This document shows, one piece after another, positions 11,122-19,455 of a DNA stretch of 64,000 nt (its first letter is position 1; the number at the start of each line of letters is the position of its first letter). Source of the DNA: Saprospiraceae bacterium (GTDB taxonomy: Bacteria > Bacteroidota > Bacteroidia > Chitinophagales > Saprospiraceae); the NCBI GenBank assembly GCA_019638385.1, contig JAHBTW010000013.1, positions 70,016-134,015 of the forward strand. Direction: 5' to 3'. Both the position numbers and the translations under genes were made by a program. The notes beneath the pieces were generated by a model. The model was not told the DNA's origin. It did no database searches and was given only the letters and a program-made list of their open reading frames with translations.

Positions 11122-12489
11122 CTACTTTTTAATCGGCAATTCGTTTACTCGGCGGCCTACCTGATAGCCATGTCGCACGCCTTCTACGGCGTCCATTCGG
11201 AAGTGTACGCCGAGCGGAAGTCTGGAGTAGGCATTTTCTTCTGCCATTTGCCGGAACGAGTTAAAGGAGCGCGGCATACCGAGGAAGTCGGTGCGATCCT
11301 TATGGCTTTCGTCCTGCATGGCGTAGTTTTCTCCAAAAATGTTGCTGAGCACCTCAGCGGCAGCAGCCCCGAAAGTGGCATGGCCGGAAGGATAAGCAGG
11401 AAAACTGGGCGTGAACGGGTTGTGCGGCTCCCAATTCGGATTAATCAACCGGCGAATATAACTCACCGGCCGCTCGATGTTATATACATATTTTGAATGC
11501 CAGCAAGCCACTCCGGCATCATTGAGCGCAAGTCCCACTTTGAGGCAGGTGTAGAGTGCGAGGTCCAGATCGGCGTTTTCTCTTCGAAGCACTTGATTGG
11601 CAATGGCAATAAAACGGCTCGGCGGGCTGAAGGTGAGGTTGAGCGCGTCATCGCTCCAGAACTCGGCAATCCACTGTTGTTCAAAGGTAAGCGCGGGCGT
11701 GTTCATATTGTGTACCACCATAGCTTCCGTGCGCAAGAGCGAGCCTTGCTGCTCGCTGAAGGGCAGTGGAGGGAGCGCCAATTTATCGGTAGGCCGAATG
11801 GCAAAAGTGCGCGCGTCGCCCCAATAGGGAAACATACCACGACCATAATCGGGAAAAGTCGGCTGCCAAAGCCCCGGACCATTTGGCGGGAAATAAGTAA
11901 CCGGGCGGGCATTCAAAAAAGCATTGTGTCCCACGAGGTCGCTCGCCGACCATTGAAACACGGCATTAGCCACACTTTCTCCGTAGCGCTTCGAGCGTTC
12001 AAATACGCTCCTCGGAATTCGTTGAATGGCGGCTTCGTCATTTTTTGCCTCTAATTGATAAATCTGAAACTTCAAATCGGAGGCAACATGCGGAAACAAC
12101 TGCTTCATCAGAAAAGCATAAGAGGCATTCACCACAGTAGGCCAGTGGTATGCTTCGCCGGTTTGTACGGGCGGAATGGTTAAGCCCTGATCGCGGAACA
12201 GCGGTTCGAGGGAATTGTAGCGGTCAGACATGCCGGGCAGCGCAGCTTCGTAGGCGGCCAGCCCCATATAAGCCAGTGCGCGTGGCGCCGGCCCCGGGCG
12301 GTAGCCGTCGGCATAGCGTTCAATACCGAGGAACAAGTCGTTCCAATCAGTAACAACGTTTGATTTGTAGTCTTTCACCTTAGTTTCCAAAAGGTCTTGT
12401 ATGGGATCGTCCTTCTCTGGTTTACAGGCCGGAAGGATGACGGCAACGGCCAGCGCGAAGCTCAAAAAGCGTAGTAAATTCTTGTACAT
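11122..12489 (-). CDS. PAP2-superfamily / vanadium-dependent-haloperoxidase-like lipoprotein (paralog 1)
   Basis: Lipobox ILPAC. The complete phosphate/vanadate-site motif set is present: K-x6-RP (KYVYNIERP), PSGH (YPSGHATFG) and R-x5-H-x3-D (SRLPLGVHFRMD). Start trimmed to ATG 12489. Confidence 0.75.
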   Translation of the reverse strand: MYKNLLRFLSFALAVAVILPACKPEKDDPIQDLLETKVKDYKSNVVTDWNDLFLGIERYADGYRPGPAPRALAYMGLAAYEAALPGMSDRYNSLEPLFRDQGLTIPPVQTGEAYHWPTVVNASYAFLMKQLFPHVASDLKFQIYQLEAKNDEAAIQRIPRSVFERSKRYGESVANAVFQWSASDLVGHNAFLNARPVTYFPPNGPGLWQPTFPDYGRGMFPYWGDARTFAIRPTDKLALPPLPFSEQQGSLLRTEAMVVHNMNTPALTFEQQWIAEFWSDDALNLTFSPPSRFIAIANQVLRRENADLDLALYTCLKVGLALNDAGVACWHSKYVYNIERPVSYIRRLINPNWEPHNPFTPSFPAYPSGHATFGAAAAEVLSNIFGENYAMQDESHKDRTDFLGMPRSFNSFRQMAEENAYSRLPLGVHFRMDAVEGVRHGYQVGRRVNELPIKK

Positions 12490-12547
12490 AGTACGTTCAG
12501 GATTATTATGATTAATAAATCGGTTGTTTTTCATCTCGACAACTTTC

Positions 12548-13114
12548 TTACAAGTCGGCGCCGGGCAGCGTGTCGGATCTGATAGGAGTTGTCAGCACTT
12601 CGCCATTTATTTCCGTTGCTGCGTTCATGTCGTATTTTGCCTCAAAAGTAAGCGAACCGTCGGGCGCCCATTTGCGAAGGTATCCGTGTTTTTTACCCTG
12701 GCTGAAGGTGGTTACGAATTTTATGCTGCCATCTTCGTACCAAATCGTATCCCCTTTTTCTCGCAGGCCCTTCTCGTAGTATTGCACCTCCTGTACCTGT
12801 CCGCCGGGATAGTATAATACCGAGCGGCCATGCTGCTTATCATCGGTAAAAAGGCGCTCGCCTTTTAATTTTCCGTCGGGGTAGTAGTCGGTCATCAGCC
12901 CCTCTTTTTTGCCGTTTACCGTGTAATAGCGGCGGGACATTTTTCCGTTCTCGTATTGTTGGGTTACTTCCTGCGGTTTGAGCGCATCATCGCCGCAGCC
13001 CGACAACAACAAAATTGCCATGCCGGCAGCGGCCATTATCGGAAAGGCGAACGATGCCAAAAATGATCTGTATAAGCCCCTGTGTACCATAACCATCATT
13101 AAACGAAATAGCAT
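12548..13114 (-). CDS. MORN-repeat-variant (YwqK-like) lipoprotein
   Basis: Lipobox LLLSGC, then repeated Y-Y-x-x-G-x-(L/V)-x units (YYPDGKLKGE, YYPGGQVQEV, WYEDGSIKFV, KWAPDGSLTF). The start codon is uncertain because several in-frame Met codons are available. Confidence 0.65.
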   Translation of the reverse strand: MLFRLMMVMVHRGLYRSFLASFAFPIMAAAGMAILLLSGCGDDALKPQEVTQQYENGKMSRRYYTVNGKKEGLMTDYYPDGKLKGERLFTDDKQHGRSVLYYPGGQVQEVQYYEKGLREKGDTIWYEDGSIKFVTTFSQGKKHGYLRKWAPDGSLTFEAKYDMNAATEINGEVLTTPIRSDTLPGADL

Positions 13115-13134
13115 AGAGTCTCCCCAGGCATAGA

Positions 13135-13187
13135 AGAATCCCGAATTTATATACGATCCCGGGCAGCGCTCAGGATTTCGGGATTCT
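13135..13187 (-). other. 11-bp-stem hairpin between paralog 2 and the MORN gene
   Basis: AGAATCCCGAA (13135-13145) pairs with TTCGGGATTCT (13177-13187), with a 31-nt loop. It may be an intra-operon attenuator or a processing site. Confidence 0.35.
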
Positions 13188-13244
13188 CATACTTAGGAAG
13201 ACTCCTGTAAGAACTATATAAAAAGTGCAAAGTAAATATAAAAA

Positions 13245-14654
13245 CTACTTTTTCCAAGGCAACCGGTTGACCTCCCGGCCTACGAGGGTGCCTAAGTTGA
13301 GACCTTCCTGGCAGTCCATCCAAAAGTGAACGCCAAGCGGTACGCGCGACCATGCATTTTCGTAGGCCATTTCATAAAGGCTTCCGAAAGTGCGCGGCGT
13401 GCCTTCAAATTCGGTGCGCCCCTCGTGACAGCGATCGGTCATACCGTAGGCATAGCCGAATACGCTTGCCAGTGCTTCTGCGCCGGCAGCGCCCATTGTA
13501 GAGTGGCCGGAAGGGTAAGCCGGGAAAGAAGGCGTAACACCCAAATCACCCGTAAGCGGGTTGTACAACGCCGGCTCCCAGTTGGGGTCTATCACTCTTC
13601 TGATGTAGCTTTGTGGTCGCTCCCAGTTGTAGGTGTATTTGGAATGCCAGCACGCTACGGCGGCGTCGTTGAGCGCCATGCCTACTTTCGCGTATGCTTC
13701 CAAAGCAACCTCAAGGGTGACCTTTTCTTTGTCTATGATCTGATTGGCAATAGCCGTCCAGCGAGGGCCTGGGCTGAAAGTAAGATCCAACAGGTCGTCG
13801 CTCCAAAACTCGCCGACCCATTCAGCTTCGTGGGAAAGAGTGGGCGTGTTTTGGGAATATACTTGCAGTGCTTGGGCGTACAACTCAGACGTCGGGCTTT
13901 CGCTGTACGGGAGCGGCGGACGGGAAAGCTTTTGTGCTTCGGAAATGGCGAAAGTGCGCACTCTTCCGAAATAAGGCCCCATGCCTTTACCCGGGCCAGG
14001 CGTGGTGGCTACCCAGTGAGGCGGGCCGGTATAGTGGTCCTGCCAGTTATAAACCTCATTGGTTGTGAAATTGCCGAAAGGATCTCTATAGGCATCATGA
14101 CCGTAGGGGTCGGTTGAAGCCCAAGCCCACATGACATCGGCTACGTTTCTGCCGTGTGCAATCGAACGATCATAGACCTCCTGACCGGCCTGCGCTAAAT
14201 ACTTACTATTCAGTTGAGTGATAAGGTTGTTCATTTGCGCACCTGCACTCGGCTGTGGTGTCGGGAAAAACTTGGGCATCATGGTGGCGTAAACAGAATG
14301 CACTACCGTCGGCCAGTGATACACTTTGTTCGGATCAGCCTTGGGAAGGGAAAGGCCGGCATAGCGGCTTTCCATTGAGTTGTACTTGGGCATTCCGTTG
14401 AGGCAGGCTTCGTAAGCGGCCAGCCCCATGTAGGCCAAAGAGCGTGGCGCCGGGCCGGGCCGATACCCGGCGGCATAGCGTTCAATTACTAAAAAAACTT
14501 CGTTCCAGCGCAGCGCTGCCTCTGCGTCAAATTCGGCTACGAGGTTATCATCCGAAGGGATCGGATCAATAGGCTCTTTCTTACATCCGGCAAAAGCTAA
14601 TACCATCACAAAAAGAATGGCTAAAGCGTGTGTAAGATGTTTCTGCAATTTCAT
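13245..14654 (-). CDS. PAP2-superfamily / vanadium-dependent-haloperoxidase-like lipoprotein (paralog 2)
   Basis: Lipobox AFAGC. Motifs KYTYNWERP, YPSGHSTMG and SRVPLGVHFWMD are present. Long blocks are near-identical to paralog 1 (for example ERYAAGYRPGPAPRSLAYMGLAAYEA). Confidence 0.75.
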   Translation of the reverse strand: MKLQKHLTHALAILFVMVLAFAGCKKEPIDPIPSDDNLVAEFDAEAALRWNEVFLVIERYAAGYRPGPAPRSLAYMGLAAYEACLNGMPKYNSMESRYAGLSLPKADPNKVYHWPTVVHSVYATMMPKFFPTPQPSAGAQMNNLITQLNSKYLAQAGQEVYDRSIAHGRNVADVMWAWASTDPYGHDAYRDPFGNFTTNEVYNWQDHYTGPPHWVATTPGPGKGMGPYFGRVRTFAISEAQKLSRPPLPYSESPTSELYAQALQVYSQNTPTLSHEAEWVGEFWSDDLLDLTFSPGPRWTAIANQIIDKEKVTLEVALEAYAKVGMALNDAAVACWHSKYTYNWERPQSYIRRVIDPNWEPALYNPLTGDLGVTPSFPAYPSGHSTMGAAGAEALASVFGYAYGMTDRCHEGRTEFEGTPRTFGSLYEMAYENAWSRVPLGVHFWMDCQEGLNLGTLVGREVNRLPWKK

Positions 14655-14969
14655 AGAGATAAAAATTTTGTTGGTGAAAAATGATCGTTTGAATGTTCTT
14701 CAATTTATTTTGAACAATATAAATGCAGTCCGTACAGTACCAGACATCTGGCCTGTGCATTCATTTGTATTTGAAGATAACCTTTTGTGACAAAGCTCTG
14801 GAGGGGAATAGATCAGAAATCCCGCCGAAGGATTACTGTATTTTTGATTATGCCGCAAAGTTCGCAGGAATATCTAAACCAAGCCTTAGAGGGCTTTAAG
14901 AAAAAAATAAGAATTTGCTTAGAATATACTCCTTGGGGTCAGAAAACCGACTTGCACCCTAAAATCCAT

Positions 14970-14977
14970 TAATTTTG
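14970..14977 (+). promoter_or_regulatory. Bacteroidota -7-type promoter box TAATTTTG, 8 nt upstream of the response-regulator ATG
   Basis: Exact match to TAnnTTTG. The upstream TTG (14952-14954) is only 15 nt away, so the -33 element is doubtful. Confidence 0.25.
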
Positions 14978-14984
14978 CACCATT

Positions 14985-15662
14985 ATGAAGGTACTTTTGA
15001 TTGAAGACGAGCAAAAGACGGCAGCGTCTATCAAATCCTGGCTGGAAGAGGCGCGATTTGCGGTAGATTGTGCATTCGACAGCTTCACCGGCCGGCGCCT
15101 GGCGGAGCAGAGCGAATATGATATTATTCTATCAGACGTTATCATGCCCGGTATCAACGGGATTGAGTTGTGTCGAAATTTGCGGGAGAAAGGAGTGAAA
15201 GCGCCCATTTTGTTACTTTCCGCGCTTAGCCGGCCGGAAGACAAAGTGGCCGGGCTGAACGCCGGAGCGGATGACTACTTAGCCAAGCCCTTCGATTTTC
15301 AGGAATTGCTGGCCCGCATCCATGCGCTGATTCGCCGCTCAGGAGGGCCTGCCGATTATCCGGTGAAACTTTCTTTTGCCGACCTCGAACTCAACCTGCA
15401 CTCGCTCGAAGTGTGGAGGGCCGGCGTAAAAGTAACGCTTACGCCTCGCGAGTTTGCCCTGTTGGAATACTTAGTGCGCAATCAGGGGCGGGTGGTGCCG
15501 AAAGCCGAAATTTCGGAAAAGGTGTGGAACCTCGACGCCGAAATCAATACAAACGTCATTGGGGTATATGTCGGTTATTTGAGAAACAAAATAGACAAGG
15601 GTTTTGACAAACGGCTCATACACACGCATTTCGGCGTGGGTTATGTGTTGAAAGCTGAATAA
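14985..15662 (+). CDS. OmpR/PhoB-family response regulator
   Basis: Receiver domain with the phospho-acceptor context ILSDVIMPG, plus a winged-helix Trans_reg_C C-terminus (LTPREFALLEYL...GVGYVL). Confidence 0.9.
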   Translation: MKVLLIEDEQKTAASIKSWLEEARFAVDCAFDSFTGRRLAEQSEYDIILSDVIMPGINGIELCRNLREKGVKAPILLLSALSRPEDKVAGLNAGADDYLAKPFDFQELLARIHALIRRSGGPADYPVKLSFADLELNLHSLEVWRAGVKVTLTPREFALLEYLVRNQGRVVPKAEISEKVWNLDAEINTNVIGVYVGYLRNKIDKGFDKRLIHTHFGVGYVLKAE

Positions 15663-15663
15663 T

Positions 15664-17037
15664 ATGCAAATTAGGACCAAACTGGCGCTTCAATTTATTT
15701 TCATCGCGGCAATCATCTTCGCCATTGCCTTAGTGTTTATTTACGCGCAGTTCAGGCAGCATCTGGAACGTGAGTTTTATACCCTGTTGGAAAGCAAAGC
15801 CCGCATGACTGCCGACATGGTGTTGCGGCACGAATACGAACTCCTGCCATTGCCCGACTCCTCCTACCGGGCTGTGGGTGTACTGCCTCAGGAAGAAAAT
15901 ACCTACATTTTTAATGCTCAAAACCGCTGCGTGTTTGCTGTCATTCCGCAGGGCGTCAATGTGCCGGATAAATGGATCAATCAGATCAGGAGCGCGGGCG
16001 AAAGCAGGTTTCAAAACGGCAAACTACAGGCATACGGCGCCAGCGTAAAATCGCCTTCGGGCAAACAATACGTTGTCATATCGGAGAGTCGGCCTGACGA
16101 ATCGCAGTTGATGAAATTGCGCAATATTCTGATCCTCACTTTTTTTCTTGTAGTGGGGATGGTGGCCTGGGGAGGGCGCTTTTTTGCCGGGCAGGCTCTG
16201 CAGCCGGTATCGCATATTGTGCAGGAGGTGGATAGCATCCACCCTTCCGACCTGAGCCGCCGGCTGCAAAGCGATGACCCGAAAGACGAACTGTCGCGCC
16301 TGGCCGCCACCTTCAATCACTTGCTGGACCGTATAGAGCGGGCATTCCGGATGCAGCGCAGCTTTATTTCCAATGTATCGCATGAGCTCAAAAACCCACT
16401 CGCCGCGATGGATGCCCAAATACAATTGGCACAGCAAAAAGAGCGCAGCGTTCAGGATTATCAGCGCGTCCTCGATTCGCTCCATTTCGACATACACGAG
16501 ATGAACGATACGGTGGAAAAACTCCTACAACTCGCCGAAGTGAATGCTGAGCCGGCCGGCATTGTTTTTTCAAAATTCCGCCTCGATGAGGCCATGCTAC
16601 AAGCGCGCGACACCCTCATGCGCACGCACCCCGACTATGCCATTGTTTTTGAAATTCTCGATATGCCCCAACAGGAAGAACACCTTTACATCAACGGAAA
16701 CGAACCGCTGCTGCGCACAGCGTTGCTCAATCTCTTCGACAACGGCTGTAAGTTCAGCACCGATAAAAAGGTGCATGTGCGCATTCGTTTTCGCGACGAA
16801 GGCCGGCACGAGGTGGAGATTCAGGACAATGGCCCTGGCATACCCGACGAGGACATTCAGCGCATTTTTGAGCCGTTCTTTCGCAGCCCGCAACACGCCC
16901 ATGTGAAGGGATCAGGTATCGGATTGTCTTTGGTGCAAAGCATCCTCCGGCTACACGGAGTCATCATGGATGTTTTTTCAGAGAAAAATCGCGGAGCAAC
17001 TTTCAGACTTAATTTTCCGGTTTATCAGACAATTTAA
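15664..17037 (+). CDS. Sensor histidine kinase (two TM helices, ~130-aa periplasmic loop, HAMP, HisKA, HATPase_c)
   Basis: H-box SHELKNPL, N-box LFDNGCKF, G1 DNGPGI, G2 GSGIGLS. The start is 1 nt after the RR stop. Confidence 0.9.
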   Translation: MQIRTKLALQFIFIAAIIFAIALVFIYAQFRQHLEREFYTLLESKARMTADMVLRHEYELLPLPDSSYRAVGVLPQEENTYIFNAQNRCVFAVIPQGVNVPDKWINQIRSAGESRFQNGKLQAYGASVKSPSGKQYVVISESRPDESQLMKLRNILILTFFLVVGMVAWGGRFFAGQALQPVSHIVQEVDSIHPSDLSRRLQSDDPKDELSRLAATFNHLLDRIERAFRMQRSFISNVSHELKNPLAAMDAQIQLAQQKERSVQDYQRVLDSLHFDIHEMNDTVEKLLQLAEVNAEPAGIVFSKFRLDEAMLQARDTLMRTHPDYAIVFEILDMPQQEEHLYINGNEPLLRTALLNLFDNGCKFSTDKKVHVRIRFRDEGRHEVEIQDNGPGIPDEDIQRIFEPFFRSPQHAHVKGSGIGLSLVQSILRLHGVIMDVFSEKNRGATFRLNFPVYQTI

Positions 17038-17044
17038 AGGCAAT

Positions 17045-18436
17045 ATGCTGAACATAAATAATATACGACACACTATCTCCGGCCGGTATTGGGTGTTCAT
17101 GCTGCTGTTACCTGTTGTGCTTGGGTTGTATCTCGTTGCCTGCGCGCGCGACGAAAACGGAGATACTGCCGAACGCCGGCACGCATTTCAGATAGCGCTT
17201 CGATGGAATGAATGCCTGCTGGAATTAGACCGGTTCTCGGAGGGCTATAGCCCGCCGATGAGTGCGCGCATGTTTGCCTACTCCGGTTTAGCAGTGTGGG
17301 AAAGCGCATTGCCCGGTTTGCCGGAAGCGATCCCCTGCGCTGTGCAATTTCCCGAACTGCAATTGCCGAGCTGGGACGCCGGAGAGATATTTGTGCTGCC
17401 GGCTGCCATTGATGCAGCGTATGCCACGATGGCGAGGCATTTTTTTCCGCATACGACCTTGATGATGAAGGAAACCTGCGCCCGGCTGTCGGCTGCGATC
17501 CATGAAGAACTACTCACCTTATACCCTCCCAACGCCGTACTCGCATCCCGACAATATGGCGAAGCCGTCGCCGATGCTATATATCGTTGGTCGGCTACTG
17601 ATTCCGCCGGCCATCAGGCTTTTTTGTTCAACTTTGATCGAAGCTATCAGGCGCCGGAAGGAGCGGGCCGGTGGCGCCCCTCCGCATCGGAGCCGATGCC
17701 GCCTTTGCTGCCTTATTGGGGTACGGTACGCACCTTTACAGCGCATATAGACAAAGCCGACAGCCGGCAGCCCATCGAATTTTCGGAAGCGCCCAACTCC
17801 GCCTTTTTTGCTCAGGCCGTAGAGGTCTATAGCATTTCCATGCCGCTGAAAGAGGAAAATCGCTGGATTGCCGAGTTTTGGAGCGATGATTTTCATGGCG
17901 TGACCTTTTCTGCTTCGGCGCGATGGATTTCGATTTCCAATCAAGCCTTAGAAAAAGCGCAGCCCGGATTGGCCACAGCGCTGGAAACTTGGCTCAAGGT
18001 CGGTATGGCACTCAACGATGCTGCCGTAAATGTCTGGCGCTTCAAGTATGGATTCAACTTAGAGCGCCCCGAGACGTATATACGGCGCAATATTAATTCC
18101 AACTGGACTCCTTTACACCACACCCCTTCTTTCCCCGGTTATCCATCGGGCCATGCTTGTTTTGCCGGTGCTGCGGCAGTTGTACTTACACAGACGCTGG
18201 GAGAAAATTTCGCGCTTACCGACCGGAGCCATCAGGGGCGAAAGGAGTTTAACGGCAAGCCGCGCTCATTCGAGTCCTTTGCCGAAATGGCAGCGGAAAA
18301 TGCACTTTCGCGCTTGCTCATAGGAGTGCATTTCCGAATGGACTGTGAAGAAGGGTTGCGGGTAGGCAACCTCATCGGGAGCAAAGTAGCGGCCATGCAA
18401 TTGCAAAGAGAAAACCTTTTTGCGCGGCAGGAGTGA
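17045..18436 (+). CDS. PAP2-superfamily / vanadium-dependent-haloperoxidase-like lipoprotein (paralog 3)
   Basis: Lipobox YLVAC. Motifs KYGFNLERP, YPSGHACFAG and SRLLIGVHFRMD are present. ATG 17045 lies 7 nt after the HK stop, and the track start at 16970 overlaps the HK. Confidence 0.75.
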   Translation: MLNINNIRHTISGRYWVFMLLLPVVLGLYLVACARDENGDTAERRHAFQIALRWNECLLELDRFSEGYSPPMSARMFAYSGLAVWESALPGLPEAIPCAVQFPELQLPSWDAGEIFVLPAAIDAAYATMARHFFPHTTLMMKETCARLSAAIHEELLTLYPPNAVLASRQYGEAVADAIYRWSATDSAGHQAFLFNFDRSYQAPEGAGRWRPSASEPMPPLLPYWGTVRTFTAHIDKADSRQPIEFSEAPNSAFFAQAVEVYSISMPLKEENRWIAEFWSDDFHGVTFSASARWISISNQALEKAQPGLATALETWLKVGMALNDAAVNVWRFKYGFNLERPETYIRRNINSNWTPLHHTPSFPGYPSGHACFAGAAAVVLTQTLGENFALTDRSHQGRKEFNGKPRSFESFAEMAAENALSRLLIGVHFRMDCEEGLRVGNLIGSKVAAMQLQRENLFARQE

Positions 18437-18483
18437 ATAACGAGTAAAGCATAAGTTCCTAAGGGCGTATTGGGTAAATATTC

Positions 18484-18522
18484 AAAAAAAAAAAAAACGG
18501 AGAACCACGGCCTCCGTTTTTT
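18484..18522. terminator. Bidirectional intrinsic terminator (A14 - hairpin - T6)
   Basis: A14 run at 18484-18497, stem CGGAG/CTCCG with a 9-nt loop, then TTTTTT. It lies between the convergent paralog-3 and THX genes. Confidence 0.65.
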
Positions 18523-18555
18523 GGAATGTTTCTTGCAACTAACCGACGATTACGA

Positions 18556-18678
18556 TTACGCTTCCGCCGTCGGCTTAGCGGGCACAACCTTCCGGAGCGC
18601 TTTTTTCTTGGGCCGTGTTTTGCCGTGGCTGCCGCGCCACAGTTTGCCTCTGAACGTTCTTTTATCTCCTCTTCCCAT
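18556..18678 (-). CDS. 30S ribosomal protein THX (40 aa, below the ORF-track cutoff)
   Basis: Hand translation gives [40 protein letters not shown]. This matches the remembered MGKGD(K/R)(K/R)T.RGK..RGS.GK.RP pattern of Bacteroidota THX. Confidence 0.7.
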   Translation of the reverse strand: MGRGDKRTFRGKLWRGSHGKTRPKKKALRKVVPAKPTAEA

Positions 18679-18774
18679 TGGTTTATTATTTAATGATGTG
18701 AAAGCAAAAAATATTTCGGGCGGCTAAGATACGCCGCTGCTTGGGTTATTAGGTTATTTCAACGTTTCTTTTTG

Positions 18775-18906
18775 TTATTCCAACTTGAACCGGATCGGAA
18801 AGTTGTACTGCACCCGCACCGGTACGCCGTTCTGGATTCCCGGAGACCACCTGGCGCCTTGCTCCGCCATCTGGTTCACTACCCGGAGCGCTTCCTCGCC
18901 GCAACC
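18775..18906 (-). pseudogene. Out-of-frame remnant of a TonB C-terminal domain (second half only)
   Basis: Hand translation of the third minus frame gives CGEEALRVVNQMAEQGARWSPGIQNGVPVRVQYNFPIRFKLE*. This parallels the end of the neighbouring TonB (CGQEALRVVNLMNSQNIKWTPGKQRGRPVRVQFNLPVRFKLE). There is no upstream in-frame ATG, and a stop lies at 19009. Confidence 0.6.
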
Positions 18907-19328
18907 GGCGGCGCAGGCGGTGGGGGTGGCGGCGGTGGAGGAGTGGCGTTCCAATGAGCCGGCGGCGGGGCGGCATAGCCATCTTCTTGCAATTTTTTTC
19001 GTACCTGTTTTATGGAGTCGGCCTCTTCATTGCGGCCCTGTCGGGTAAGCAACGAGCCGTACAAAAAGTATAAGTCGGTATTGGTCTTGTCTGTTTTCAA
19101 TCGTTCCACAATAGCGCTTTCGGCTTTAGTCGCGTCCTTTAGTTGCATGAGGCACAGCACATACTTTTCAAAATAAGCGTAATGGTCGGGGTTGTCGCGA
19201 ACGAGTTGTTCAAAAAGCGGCAGTGCCTGCTCGTATTCGTTGTTTTGATACAACTTCTCGGCTTCGGTTTGGCCGGCAAGGGCGGTAGTAATCAGGAACA
19301 AGGCAGTGAAAATGGTCGTTTTTTTCAT
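18879..19328 (-). CDS. Secreted TPR-like protein with Pro-rich tail
   Basis: Signal peptide MKKTTIFTALFLITTALAG, a helical repeat region, and then the tail APPPAHWNATPPPPPPPPPAPP. The ORF stops inside the region that continues, in another frame, into the TonB_C remnant. Confidence 0.55.
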   Translation of the reverse strand: MKKTTIFTALFLITTALAGQTEAEKLYQNNEYEQALPLFEQLVRDNPDHYAYFEKYVLCLMQLKDATKAESAIVERLKTDKTNTDLYFLYGSLLTRQGRNEEADSIKQVRKKLQEDGYAAPPPAHWNATPPPPPPPPPAPPVAARKRSG

Positions 19329-19455
19329 GTTGTAAGGTATTATTAGGTTGTAGGGACAAATGTACGCCATCAAAGGCAATTAAAAACACACAACCCCCGA
19401 CAAAACCTGTTTGCCGGGGGTTGCACATTTCACCATATTATCATAGCAGTAACGA

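Noticed and set aside
18470-18727. 85-aa plus-strand ORF
   Set aside because: It overlaps the bidirectional terminator and lies antisense to the much better supported THX gene.
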